From Macrostomum lignano (taxonomy: Eukaryota), in the NCBI GenBank assembly GCA_002269645.1, contig NIVC01001848.1, positions 166,442 to 230,441 on the forward strand: a DNA stretch of 64,000 bases, read 5' to 3'. The position numbers were made by a program, and so were the translations under genes. This document shows positions 38,301 through 49,947 of this stretch, piece by piece; the first letter of the stretch is position 1; every line of letters begins with the position of its first letter. The notes beneath the pieces were generated by a model, which saw only the letters and a list, made by a program, of their open reading frames with translations, did not search any database and had not been told where the DNA came from.

Positions 38301-39645
38301 TCCCATCATCACAAATCGAGTCCCATCATCTCAAATCGAGTCCCATCATCCCAAATCGAGTCCCATCATCCCAAATCAAGTCACATCATCCAAAATCGAG
38401 TCACATCATCCCAAATCGAGTCACATCATCCCAAATCAAGTCACATCATCCCAAATCAAGTCACATCATCCCAAATCAAGTCACATCATCCAAAATCGAG
38501 TCACATCATCCCAAATCGAGTCACATCATCCCAAATCAAGTCACATCATCCCAAATCAAGTCACATCATCCCAAATCGAATCCCATCATCCCAAATCGAG
38601 TCCCATCATCCCAAATCGAGTCCCATCATCTCAAATCGAGTCCCATCATCCCAAATCGAGTCACATCATCTCAAATCGAGTCCCATCATCCCAAATCGAG
38701 TCACATCATCCCAAATCGAGTCCCATCATCCCAAATCGAGTCACATCATCCCAAATCAAGTCACATCATCCCAAATCAAGTCACATCATCCAAAATCGAG
38801 TCACATCATCCCAAATCGAGTCACATCATCCCAAATCAAGTCACATCATCCCAAATCAAGTCACATCATCCCAAATCGAATCCCATCATCCCAAATCGAG
38901 TCCCATCATCCCAAATCGAGTCCCATCATCTCAAATCGAGTCCCATCATCCCAAATCAAGTCACATCATCTCAAATCGAGTCCCATCATCCAAAATCAAG
39001 TCACATCATCCCAAATCAAGTTACATAATCCCAAATCGAGTCCCATCATCCCAAATCGAGTCCCATCATCTCAAATCGAGTCCGGCCATCATCCAGAATC
39101 AAGTCACATCATCCCAAATCAAGTCACATCATCCCAAATCAAGTCACATCATCCCAAATCAAGTCACATCATCTTAAAAGCGAGTCCTATCATCCAAAAT
39201 CAAGTCACATCATCTCAAATGTTTTTGTCAAGGCATCCCAAATAAACTCCGATATAATCCCAAATCCCCTGGCTCCGCAGGCATGACCTTATCTGACCCC
39301 GCCGCCGCCGTGGCCGTCGCTGGCACCGCGGCTCCGGCATTCGCGGCCACCTACTCGTCAGCGGAAACAGTCAGCAGCGGCTTGCCGCTGAACTCCAACA
39401 GCAGCGGGCAGCTGCTGGCCTCACCAGGCCTCCTGGCAGCCGCGGTAGCCGGAGTTGCCGGGGCCGCCGTGCTGCTGCTGATCCTGGCGCTGTTCTGCGT
39501 CCACCGGATTCGCAAAGCCGACGAGGGCTCCTACGCGCTGGGACCGGCGGCTTCGGCCGGCAAAAGCTGGGGCGGAGGCGCCGCCTCTGCCGCCGTGCTG
39601 CACAACGGGTACAGGCGAGCCCCGACCAGGGAATACTACGCGTAG
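25484..39645 (+). CDS. SDC: Syndecan-family heparan sulfate proteoglycan with a SEA domain (signal-peptide exon not located)
   Basis: Predicted exons 25484-25683 ([15 protein letters not shown] sites and S/T-rich; needs +1 nt at about 25577), 26601-26814, 32492-32655, 33324-33391, 36028-36182, 37286-37443, 39281-39645; all GT..AG with matching phases 1,2,1,0,2,1. Last exon has the TM, C1 [12 protein letters not shown] and C2 EYYA*. Confidence 0.72.
25995..26530. repeat. 30-bp minisatellite (GTCACTGAGAGTCTCAGAAAGCAGTGGGGA) in a syndecan intron
   Basis: Visible tandem units, each with the palindrome CTGAGA-G-TCTCAG. Confidence 0.96.
26601..26814 (+). CDS. SDC: SEA domain, first half (perlecan-like)
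   Basis: [53 protein letters not shown] resembles recalled perlecan YFRALVNF..QLEDAGSREF..LESEYLKIPGDQVVSVVF; TTCCAG acceptor and phase-2 donor. Confidence 0.78.
26935..29160. repeat. 20-bp satellite (AGTGAAATGGAAGACATCGG), about 110 units, with a 220-bp higher-order duplication
   Basis: 20-bp period; block 27361-27580 recurs at 27581-27800. Confidence 0.98.
29940..30375. repeat. 21-bp minisatellite (CCATTTTGCCCAATTCAGGTG)
   Basis: Visible tandem units. Confidence 0.96.
30862..31285. repeat. (TAAA)n then (GATA/GACA)n microsatellite
   Basis: Visible by eye. Confidence 0.97.
31960..32397. repeat. 27-bp minisatellite (GAGGGTCTGGTAGCGATGGACTCAACT)
   Basis: Visible tandem units, with two sub-variants. 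Confidence 0.95.
32492..32655 (+). CDS. SDC: SEA domain, second half, with GSIVA motif
   Basis: Phase-2 TTTACAG acceptor gives [15 protein letters not shown]...[21 protein letters not shown], then a GTGAGC donor; absent from the ORF track because it is a spliced fragment. Confidence 0.78.
32785..33255. repeat. 21-bp minisatellite (CCCCATCTCGGTTTCTGAATT)
   Basis: Visible tandem units. Confidence 0.93.
33540..34100. repeat. 20/21-bp minisatellite whose units contain RFX X-box motifs (GTCTCCATAGCAAC)
   Basis: Units TAGCAACTGTACCGTCTCCA and TAGCAACTGTGCCGTCCTCCC. Confidence 0.95.
34905..35160. repeat. Degenerate 21-bp repeat (CCCTAGCAACCGATTTTGTGG)
   Basis: Visible; shares the CCTAGCAAC core with the 33.5-kb array. 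Confidence 0.85.
35310..35392. repeat. (CT)n microsatellite
   Basis: Visible by eye. Confidence 0.98.
35500..35900. repeat. Purine-rich degenerate repeat (GGGAGAATGGGAATT..GGAACAGAAGAGGATT)
   Basis: Visible by eye. Confidence 0.85.
36380..37190. repeat. 22-bp minisatellite (AAAATCGACGCCACCGACACCC)
   Basis: Visible tandem units between predicted exons 36028-36182 and 37286-37443. Confidence 0.96.
37955..39235. repeat. 20-bp minisatellite (TCCCATCATCCCAAATCGAG) with a 300-bp higher-order duplication
   Basis: 38461-38640 is identical to 38761-38940; explains the 461-aa ORF at 37860-39245. Confidence 0.97.
39281..39645 (+). CDS. SDC: Syndecan terminal exon: juxtamembrane region, TM and cytoplasmic C1-V-C2
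   Basis: [37 protein letters not shown]...[11 protein letters not shown]: diagnostic syndecan tail with a PDZ-binding end. Confidence 0.93.
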
Positions 39646-40456
39646 CTCTTGATCGGCCGCCACCTTGGCTATACTGTATAACCATCCGGCATTCAGTTTT
39701 TATCGGGCTTTATCCACAACTGTAGACAAGGCGTACGGCCCTCTTCATTTCAGACTGCTACATGTATAAGCAGGCATTTTAATTAATGGCATATATTGAC
39801 GTTTTATTTAAATAATCTGTCTGTTTTCCTTCACAATTGTCATATCATGGCCATTATTAATAAGCCGTATAAAGTTTTGCCATCACTTGGAATAAATATT
39901 AATTTATTATTTCATGATATGTCTGAAATCGCCGAAATTGTCGGATTTATTTCTCGCTGAACAAATACTGAAATTATACTCTGTAAATGTTCACTATACT
40001 CATATGAGTAGTTTGGAGCCACAGTGAAAGTTTTTTTATTGCAATTCTGAACAACGCAAATCAAAATATTTCTTAAATCGAGATTTAATCCGTAATGTTA
40101 GAAGCGTTGTACAAGACTCAAAAGATTCGTGAACACAGAAGATTGATCATGATGTAGCTATACAGTGTATATTATATACGTTATGTGTACTCGTATATCG
40201 GCATATCGCTCACAGAGCCGAATAAACATACGAGCGCGTAGATGTATGCAGATACATGTATCTAACCTTGTCACTGAGCCTATAGATATATCTCCGTGCG
40301 GTGCTTCATAATCGGTAAGATGTATGCATGTACATTATATGTACATAAGTACATTTTAGGGACCACACGCGACGTATAATTCACTTTACTGTACACTATG
40401 AGAATAGTACAACAGTGATCTTTGGTATATAAATAATGGGTCCTAGGAAGCTAAAA

Positions 40457-40518
40457 CAAGGACTTCTAGACTAGAAGTTAATCTAGAGTTAGAACTAGAG
40501 TTAGTCTAGAAGTCCTTG
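40457..40518. mobile_element. Second copy (62 bp) of the CAAGGACTTCTAGACT hairpin element, abutting an interspersed repeat also present at about 63140-63290
   Basis: Same TIRs, longer spacer, no clean TSD; flank CTTCTAAACTTATCAAAG...GAACTGAA..AGAAAGCTGTTTT is shared with 63143 onward. Confidence 0.65.
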
Positions 40519-40904
40519 CTTCTAAACTTATCAAAGTCGTTTCAGCTGGCTTTATTTTTATAAAATAACTTTTATATTCTTCCTTTCTGCTGAACTGAAG
40601 GTAGAAAGCTGTTTTGCTAAGTATATATGCCTGAGTGGCACATCTAGTTATTTTAGTATCTGTGCATTATCGTCACAAAACATTTCTCTCTAAATGTTTT
40701 TGTAACGCTTTTGTAACGACACGAGCAGTTGGATTTGTGCACACTTTTAAAACGGAATTCGTCAGCTAAATTTTACACGCAGTCCGGATCCAAATTTTAA
40801 AAAGCTTAGTTTCTAATATACTTTTCTCGTCCGTTTGCACAGAAGAGACCTACGGGTTTTGCTTTTATTACCAATTTTATATTAAATTTGATCGCTAAGC
40901 TAAA

Positions 40905-43900
40905 ATGACCATCAACGATCCTTTGTACACACCGTTCTTTGGTGTTATGGGTGCTTCGGCTGCTATGGTTTTCTGTGGTAAGCCACAATCTTTAATTGTT
41001 AGACATGATAATTTGATCATTAGGTAATTTTTACACTTAACCTTGTAAACTTAATAATCATTTTATAAATTACTTTACAAATAAATAACGAGTTTTTATG
41101 TTTCTATTTATAGATATATTTTAGACTTGCATACCATACATTGATTAGGCTATCCTACCTAGGCCTAGTTTGTTGTTTTCAAACATACAACTTGTAATCT
41201 AAATTGTAAGTATTATAAGTTTCATGAAAACTTTAAGTTGTAGAAACACTTAAAATTGGTGAAAATTTTGACTCTAGTTGTTAGGCCTAAAAGCCATAGG
41301 CCCTAGTCAGGATCATGGTATGCCTATGCTGAAATGAATCCTAGGCCTATCAAAAGGTAGCATGACTACTTCTCTATCTACTTCTATTCTATATTGGTAG
41401 CATCTGTACATGTACTGTTATCTTTGGCCTGAGTGGTCTAATGGCACTGTTTACTCTATTTATTCCTATAAGTTTTCTCTTAGTCCTGGGTGTTCCCTTG
41501 ATCCCATAGCTAGGAAAATGGCAGTTTTTGGTGAATTTTCCCGTGCAAATTGGCCCTTTTTTGGCACACACGGCGTACACGGCGTACAAGGAAAAATTGG
41601 AAATGCTCTGGTGGCGCACATGGAGTGTGGCCCTGAAAAAATATATAGTTACACTTTGTTATACTTTGCAAAATATATTGTGTCAGGCCTAATTCCATAA
41701 TTCCTAAAATAAAATTACGTAAATCACAATATAAAATATGTAAATGAAATTCAAATTTGTCTACTGTAAATTTCTTACGGTAGAATAAATACCTTACCTT
41801 ACCTTACCTTACCTTAGACTTACCTTATCATGGCGCACAAAATCTTTTCTTCATGGCGCACGGCGCACAGTGCTCAAAAGCCATCAAAATAGTTCCGGCG
41901 CACACTGTGCCACCTTCCCGACTATGGCCTTGATCAGAGGGTCATAGCCTTATGCATTTTTCCTGCCCTGAGGCAATTCTCACTTTTAGTGGTTTCTGAT
42001 ACTCCTAATGAGGGGCTTAATACTCTAGAAAATGAGTAAGGCCTTTGAATACTGCAATATGATTTAATATAGGAACAAATATATTCAGAGAAAGTTATTT
42101 AGCTTGCAGAACTGTAACACAAAGGAAACAAGTTATCACAATTTATTTTTATTGGCCTCTTCTAGGCTCCTATTTATAATAAGATTTCTTATCGTTTCAA
42201 ATAAAAAAAAAATTTATAACTCACAACATACATGCATAACTGCTGGCCGACCTGGCCAATCTGGCCACTATAAATTGTGGTGGACCAGGGGTAAATCGCA
42301 AAAATGCCTAGCCTAAAGAATACAGATGTTTTACTAATTAGATGACGAGGCATTTAGCCCTTATAAGACAGTCAAAGTTACTCCTGCCATTTACTTTCTT
42401 TTCTTTCACAGGTAAGTCGCATTTTTGGTCAAAAAGTAAGTTGCATGGCCAGTGTAAATCAGGGGGTTGCGCATGTATAACTCACAACATTTAAACAAAG
42501 GATAAAATATTGTTTTTTAATGCAGATTTTAAATAGAGTTTTCTAAGAAACATAAAAACAAGTAAACTATTAGAACTATTATACAGTATTATACTATATA
42601 AAAATTTATACTTTATCAGTACTTTATACTTTTATTAGTATTATACTGATAAAAAAGAAAATAGAGTTGTCTATCATTCTGTGTGGCACCTATGCCAATA
42701 AGATCAATGCTTGCCTTAAGACAAATACAAATTTATTCAAGATAAAAAGCAAATATAAACTAGAAAAGAAAAAATACTTTGTCAAAAAACTTTTAAAATA
42801 TTTATTTGGTTTTCATTGAGATAATAATAAACTATAACATTTTTATATTAATGGCTTTTTTTGAAAAAAAAACTGACACTTGCAAAAAATAGTAAGTTTC
42901 TACATAATAAGTCATAGAATGCAAAGCCAGTATAATAAGATTTTTTAATTCTTAACCAATATTTTTATTAATTCATAAAATATACCTAAAATGTTAACAA
43001 ATTATCACTGTATTTACTTTGCTCAATGCATTCACTTTGTTGTGCTTAGTTTAAAACATGCTTGGGTACAATCTAGGGATTCAACCAGCCATTTCTATTG
43101 GCAACACACATACATGTAAGTTGCTATTGGACAGAATAGTAGTCACATGATTGCTCTCAGCCAATAGCGACTTAAATGTGTGTGTTGCCAATAGAAATGG
43201 CCAGGTGATTCCCAAGGTTGTGCATGTATGGTTTAAAAACAACTTTTAATTTGCTACATAATGTTTTAGGCATTGTTACAAATATACATCACACAACCCT
43301 CTTGATTTACTCTAGCAAACAAATTTAACTTACCTATTAAAGAAACCTGAGCAAAATTAACATGATTTTTGGAAAATAGCAGGAGTAACTATATTGTTAT
43401 ATGTTGTTAAGTGAGGTGGGTCGTCTAGGGGACTATATTATTAAGGCTAAATGTTTTGTTATCTAATTAGTTTTATATCTATTTTTAGGTGGGCATTTTT
43501 GTGACTTACTGGTACATTGGCTGGGCCCCTTGCCAGTTACATTGTTTTGTCTTTAGTTTTATTTACTAGCAATCAGCGCCCCCCGTTGGGGAGCCAAAAA
43601 AATGCAGTACAAGTTTTTTTAATAAACTACATGTAAGCGTCTCTTTGCATTATACCTTGTAAGCCTTGACATGTCAGAAAATCCCCCCACAAGCCTTAGC
43701 ATATCAACCCCCTTGACATCTTAGCAATGCCCCATAAGCCTTGCAATCTTAAAAAAATTTGTCAACCTTCTAACCCTAACCCTAGCCTAACCCTAAGCAT
43801 TGACATTTCAGTAATTCTCTCCAACAGTCATTATAGCACTACAGCATTATAGCGATTCCCTGCAAGCCTCGACATTGTAGGGATTCCCAAATGAATCTCT

Positions 43901-46900
43901 TAACTTCGACATGAAGCTTCTTTTATTTTTTACATTACGCTTTTTCTATCAGCGATCCCTCCCGTGAGGAGCCAACAAATAATGAAAAAAAGTTTTCAAT
44001 AGAATACATGTAGCTTCTGACTTTAGCCTTGACATCTCATTTATTCCCCCATGAGCCTTGACATCTCAGCTATTCCCCTGTGAGCCTTGACATGTCAGCA
44101 TTCAGCAATGCCCCCCATAAACCTTGATATCTGAAAAATCCCCTGTTAACCTTAAAACCCGCTAAAATCTAACCCTCAACCCAAACCTGACCTAAACCTA
44201 ACTTTAACCCAACCTATAAAAGCCTTGAAATCTCAGCAATTCTTCTCCCCTAAGCCTTGACAATTTAGTGATTCTTTCTTCAAGAATGACAGCACTATAG
44301 CAATTCCCTCCAAGCCTTGAAATGAATCTTTTAACTTCGACATGACTCTTCTTTTATGTATACATAGTGCTTCTTTTCTTTTTTACATGACTCTTCTTCT
44401 ATCAGCGCCCCCCGTGGCGAGCCAACAAAGAATGTAATAAAAAAATGAGTAAAGTACATGTACTTTGAAGTAGCTTCTGACTTTTGCTTTGACATCTCAG
44501 AAACCCCCCCCCCGTAATCTCAGTTATTCTCCGTGAGCCTTGACATCTCAGTAAGTCTCCCCAGCACAGCACAAAAGCCTCATTTAATTTTTACAAGACA
44601 CTTCTTTCATGTCTGACATTTTTTATTGTCACTTGATTTTTTATGTCAATATGATTTTTTTACATGACGCTTCTATGACTTTTTTATGGCGCTTCTATGA
44701 TTTTTTACATGGCGCTTCTATGATTTTTTACATGACGCTTTCATGATTGTTTACATTACGCTTCTATGATTTTTTACATGACGCTTCTATGATTGTTTAC
44801 ATGACGCTTCTATGATTTTTTACATGACGCTTCTATGATTTTTTACATGACGCTTCTATGACTTTTTACATGACGCTTCTATGATTTTTTACATGGCGCT
44901 TCTATGATTTTTTACATGACGCTTCTATGATTTTTTACATGACGCTTTCATGATTGTTTACATGACGCTTCTATGATTTTTTACATGACGCTTCTATGAT
45001 TGTTTACATGACGCTTTTATGATTGTTTACATGACGCTTCTATGATTTTTTACATGACGCTTCTATGATTGTTTACATGACGCTTTTATGATTGTTTACA
45101 TGACGCTTCTATGACTTTTTACATGACGCTTCTATGATTTTTTACATGACGCTTCTATGATTTTTACATGGCGCTTCTATGATTTTTTACATGACGCTTC
45201 TATGATTTTTTACATGACGCTTTCATGATTGTTTACATGACGCTTCTATGATTTTTTACATGACGCTTCTATGATTGTTTACATGACGCTTTCATGATTG
45301 TTTACATGACGCTTCTTTGATTTTTTACATGACGCTTCTATGATTTTTTACATGACGCTTCTATGATTTTTTACATGACGCTTCTATGACTTTTTACATG
45401 ACGCTTCTATGATTTTTTACATGACGCTTCTATGACTTTTTACATGACGCTTCTATGATTTTTTACATGACGCTTCTATGATTTTTTACATGGCGCTTCT
45501 ATGATTTTTTACATGACGCTTCTATGATTTTTTACATGACGCTTTCATGATTGTTTACATGACGCTTCTATGATTTTTTACATGACGCTTCTATGATTGT
45601 TTACATGACGCTTTTATGATTGTTTACATGACGCTTCTATGATTTTTTACATGACGCTTCTATGATTGTTTACATGACGCTTCTATGATTTTTTACATGA
45701 CGCTTCTATGATTTTTTACATGACGCTTCTATGATTTTTTACATGACGCTTCTATGATTTTTTACATGACGCCTTTTGTCCTTTATTTGTCCGTTAATAA
45801 AAGCTTTTAATAAAAAACTTTTCACTACTAAGATTCGAACCCAGGTCGCTGCATTTGCAGTCCAGTCTGTTCACATCTAGTCTAGCTCTTATCGTATTTA
45901 TAAATGAAATTGTAGCGCTTATATAATTCAACACTCACTCACGAAGCAGTTATGACATAATCAATTTCCCAGGCAAGTCAGTATCAGTCTCAATTAAAGT
46001 TGACAATACGGTTACGCAATCTAAATCACGTCTGGTGCTACGCTTCCACACTGCATTTTCAATACTGTGACGCAATTCAAGTCGGAGTTACAATTCAGTT
46101 ATGATGCAATCTATTTCAGAATCAGAATTCAACCAGTCAGTTTTTTCTCTAGCATTATTACAATGCATTTCAAGTCGAAAAGTTTGCTTGACCTTTGCAA
46201 AAAAAGCATGTTTTTCGAATATTTAATGCCTTTAGCATCGATCAATTTCTTAGCCACGATGCATGTACAGTCACGGGAAAATTTCTGATCGAACAGTGCA
46301 AGTTCGAACAAAATCGGTCCAGCCATTTTTTCTCTAATCGATCACATAGATAGATAGATAGATAGATAGATAGACACAGACAGACCATTTTTAGTATATT
46401 GGATTATTTCTGTGGTTGAATAGATAATTATTTCTTATAATTAGATACCCTAATAGGTTCTTAAGTTGCTCACTTCAGATAGTTCTTTTAGTTGATCATT
46501 TCTATATGATTAGTTGATTCCTAAATGCTACATGTATATGTCATGCCTTAGTGCTTATCAATATTACCAGACTATCAAAACATACCATTGACCACTGATG
46601 TAAAAAGTTACAAAAATACATACAAGCCACATTATTTAAGCTGCAGAATCACAGTGCCTGAGTAGGATGCCAAATTGAGAGCTTGAATACTAGCTTTCAT
46701 CAGTCAAAAATATCAAAATCAAATGGAATAACAAAATCTTTGCCCTACCTTTTATATTGCTAGGCATAGAAGTTTTGAAAACTCAAGAATTCCAATAAAT
46801 CTGAAATGATTGATGCTTATTATCAAATATAAATTGCAAAAAATATTTCTAGCTAATCCAATTAGGTTACAGTAAAATTTCACATTTTAAGCCAACTCAG

Positions 46901-47347
46901 GTATGCGTTTCTAACTGACTTGCATTGCTCACTCAATCCCCCACACTCGCACGTTGTGCAGCTCTGGGCGCCGCCTATGGCACAGCCAAGTCTGGCACTG
47001 GCATCGCTAACATGGCGGTGCTGCGACCCGAGCTCATCATGAAGTCCGTGGTGCCAGTTGTCATGGCCGGTATCATCGCCATCTATGGCTTAGTAGTTGC
47101 TGTGCTCATCTCACAGAACATGACGCCTGATTACACCGTTGAGAAGTCGCTCCGTCACCTCGGCGCCGGCCTGGCCGTCGGCCTCAGTGGTTTGGCCTCC
47201 GGCTACGCCATCGGCATTGTTGGCGATGCCGGGGTTCGCGGCACCGCCCAGCAGCCGCGCCTGTTCGTCGGCATGATCCTCATCCTGATCTTTGCCGAGG
47301 TGCTGGGCCTGTACGGCTTCATTGTGGCTCTCATTCTGTCCGTTTAA
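40905..47347 (+). CDS. ATP6V0C: V-type proton ATPase 16-kDa proteolipid (c) subunit, 2 exons, 152 aa
   Basis: Exon 1 40905-40977 ([30 protein letters not shown] donor) and exon 2 46962-47347 ([15 protein letters not shown]...[15 protein letters not shown]); essential TM4 Glu present; 6-kb phase-1 intron. Confidence 0.96.
43050..43240. repeat. About 190-bp imperfect palindrome (MITE/foldback-like)
   Basis: GCCATTTCTATTGGCAACACACA at about 43088 mirrored by TGTGTGTTGCCAATAGAAATGGC at about 43180; similarity extends outwards. Confidence 0.8.
43570..44560. repeat. Degenerate roughly 400-bp direct repeats with internal AGCCTTGACATCTCAG and CTAACCC motifs
   Basis: ATCAGCG.CCCCCGT.G.GAGCCAA starts at about 43572, 43948 and 44401. 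Confidence 0.7.
44660..45772. repeat. 23-bp minisatellite (TATGATTTTTTACATGACGCTTC)
   Basis: Visible tandem units inside the ATP6V0C intron. Confidence 0.97.
45825..45890 (-). pseudogene. tRNA-Cys(GCA)-like remnant or tRNA-derived SINE head
   Basis: Minus strand: A-box-like TAGACTAGATGTG, anticodon arm CTGGA-CTGCAAA-TGCAG, T-arm CTGGG-TTCGAAT-CTTAG; no acceptor-stem pairing. Confidence 0.5.
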
Positions 47348-47569
47348 ACATTCTATCCTGAGTTTGATTGAGTAGAACGGATAAGAGAGAGTCGACGAAA
47401 GAGAGAATGAGCACATTTAAATTGGCTTTTTGAGTTTTTGTTGGTGGGCTTTTAGTTTCAGCTTGATGAAGTGTTTTAATTACTGCTCGGAAATTTTGCT
47501 TGCAATATGCACGTAGTCTACTTAGTCTATTTTTGGGTATACAAGTGCGCATGGAGTTGGAAATCAGCT

Positions 47570-47860
47570 AGATGTACATTGGCTAGCGCCGCTAGGAATG
47601 TACATGGCTGAGGAAGGCAATAAAACGAGGTAGAGGGCGGGGTGGTGTTTAGATAGCGATCGATAAATGAGCCAATTAGAATTCTAGCCATGGGAAAGAG
47701 AAGATCCAGTATTGCACACAGCCTAAGCTTAGGGCTGAGGAAGGCAATAAAATGGGGTAGAGGGGCGGGGGTAATGTTTAGATAGCGATCGATAAATGAG
47801 CCAATTAGAATTCTAGCCATGGGAAAGAGAAGATAGCATTGCACACAGCCTAAGCTTAAA
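47570..47860. repeat. Interspersed repeat with an internal roughly 130-bp direct duplication; inverted relative at about 62935-63110
   Basis: GGCTGAGGAAGGCAATAAAA...GATAGCGATCGATAAATGAGCCAATTAGAATTCTAGCCATGG occurs twice. Confidence 0.75.
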
Positions 47861-48904
47861 CTTATCATCATCTAGTTACTGTGCGCAAGAGGGTGAATCG
47901 GTCTCGCGTTTTGTGTCAGTTTTTGCTTTGTGTTTCGTCTCCGTAATCGCATAATGCGCCCGCTGGCGCCCCCACAATTCATATATTTTATTATATTATT
48001 TATCATTACACTGTGTTGTCCGAGTAATATAATTTTATAATTAAAATACCCATTACTATCCGATTCTATAATGTTATCCTGATTATTTATTTATTTCATG
48101 GCTTGATCTAATTTTTTGTTTGTAGTTCGCAGTGTCGCGCATTATAACAAAATATAATTATCATTTATTATTGTTGTTTATTAAAACATGCAATTCTTAT
48201 TCTGAGCTAATAGCGTCAATATGCCCTATTGATGTTTTATGTTATGTTGTCATTTTTCCTGGAATCCTATTATCGAGGTGACAAAGTTTGTTCCTATTAA
48301 AATAATGCATAGCTAGTTTATCATTATCAATCAATCTACCATTCTCTATCTAAGAATTTACTGAAATTGTTTTGGATTTCTTAAAAAATGCCTATTATTG
48401 ATTTTATTATTGATAAAGAAGTCCAACTAATGAACTAGAAAATAAAAGTACAGAGCATAAAGATATGATGTAGCTTCATAATTGTAATTTTACTACCTTA
48501 ATCGTTGTACTGTGGCTAACAATTATATATTAGTACTGTGCATTAATCAGTAGCCGTTTTCCTTGTGTTCAATTTAACTGGTAGCTACGCGCTGAACACA
48601 CATTCTCTATCTGCTGTCCCGGGTTGCCTAGGTTAGTGCTATCTATCTATTTAGCAGCAAGCAGTTCACTGAATTCACTGCTTCATAGTAATCAAAATTA
48701 GCGCGTTTAAACTAATTTTTGTTTATTCTAAACCCAAGACAAAAATAAACGCGGATTCAAACTCTCATGATAACAAAATTATTAACAATTCCTTGCACAA
48801 TTTCGTTCGTCCCAACCGTACATATTTAATTGTGTGTTATTTTGTTAATTTCATTTAGAAATATTCTGCACGGATGCTTTTTTTCTGGATTTTATTGGCT
48901 TTCA

Positions 48905-49250
48905 TTGGCTCAAGAGTTTGTGCGCCAGTGCCTATGCTGCATGCCGCTGGCAGCTGGAGGATGAAAAATGAAGAGAGCGTAAGAGGGAGAAGCTGGAGAA
49001 GAGTCACATCAGATCTCCATAATGAAAATAGAGTCAGCAAGAAATGCACCGACTTGGAGAAGTCAGTTCAGTGGACACCTGAGCAGATAAGGGAGAAGCT
49101 GAAGCAGAGCAACTGTTTTGTGGAGACGCCAAAGCCAAGGAGGCTAGAGATCGCGAGCTAGAAAAGTTGAGACAACACCAGGAGAATCTGAAGAAGACCC
49201 AGTTGGAAGCCAAGAAAGTCGCGATAACCGTGCTCTATACAGTAATCGCA
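48905..49250 (+). pseudogene. Decayed coiled-coil-rich coding remnant (possible transposon-protein fossil)
   Basis: Fragments in different frames separated by stops (RWQLEDEK*RERKREKLEK; AKEARDRELEKLRQHQENLKK); no splice chain found. Confidence 0.3.
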
Positions 49251-49947
49251 CGCTAGCACACTGTCAGCGCCATTGACTGCAAGCGTTTAAGACTCAAATA
49301 TTGTTTAGTTTTGAGCCGGCAAAAAACTTTCCCATACAATTACTCAATTTTCAAAACCTTTGAAAATTAAAGAATTTGCATCGATAATTACAAGTCTTTT
49401 TTAAAATAAGTGCGGCCCGAAAAAAACGGCTACTCCTCGCTCACACCACTGGTCTTAATTGTCCTTTTCGGCATTAGAAATTGCACAAAATCGGTGGCGT
49501 AAGCTGCCTGTACAGTTCTTAAAGCATATACATTAGTACTGTATTGATCTCAAATCGTCAATCAATAGTATCAGTGCGTTAATATTTCATTCCCGAAAGT
49601 GGAAGCGTCTATAAGCCTATGGGGTATTATAGGGGGCCGCGACCATCTGTTGGCTAGGGAATTAAAGTAAGTTGCTCTAACAACTGCTGCCTGAACGTAA
49701 GCTTCAACCTGAAGTCGCGATTGCTTGCCCCGGCGCACAAGATCCGGGACAGCTGCGTACAGGCAGACTACGCTCGTTCGTTTGACACCAAATACATGTA
49801 GATAATAATATCGGCTTCAATTACACTGTAATAGGCTTACTTTGCAAATCTCCTCTGCCATCGACTGTCTATTCTCATCACTTCAAATTGAAACACTTGA
49901 ATTGCCAAGCTGGATTGGAACACTAGAGCTTTCAGTTTAGCGAAGTT

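Noticed and set aside
37860-39245. 461-aa S/H/P-rich ORF as a mucin ectodomain
   Set aside because: Pure 20-bp repeat translation (60-bp period) within a predicted intron, ending in a stop before the 39281 acceptor.
41505-41925. Possible MITE with CCATAG..GG.A..TGGCA ends
   Set aside because: Terminal similarity too weak and no TSD seen.
45825-45890. Functional tRNA-Cys
   Set aside because: No acceptor stem and a mismatch in the anticodon stem; kept only as a remnant.
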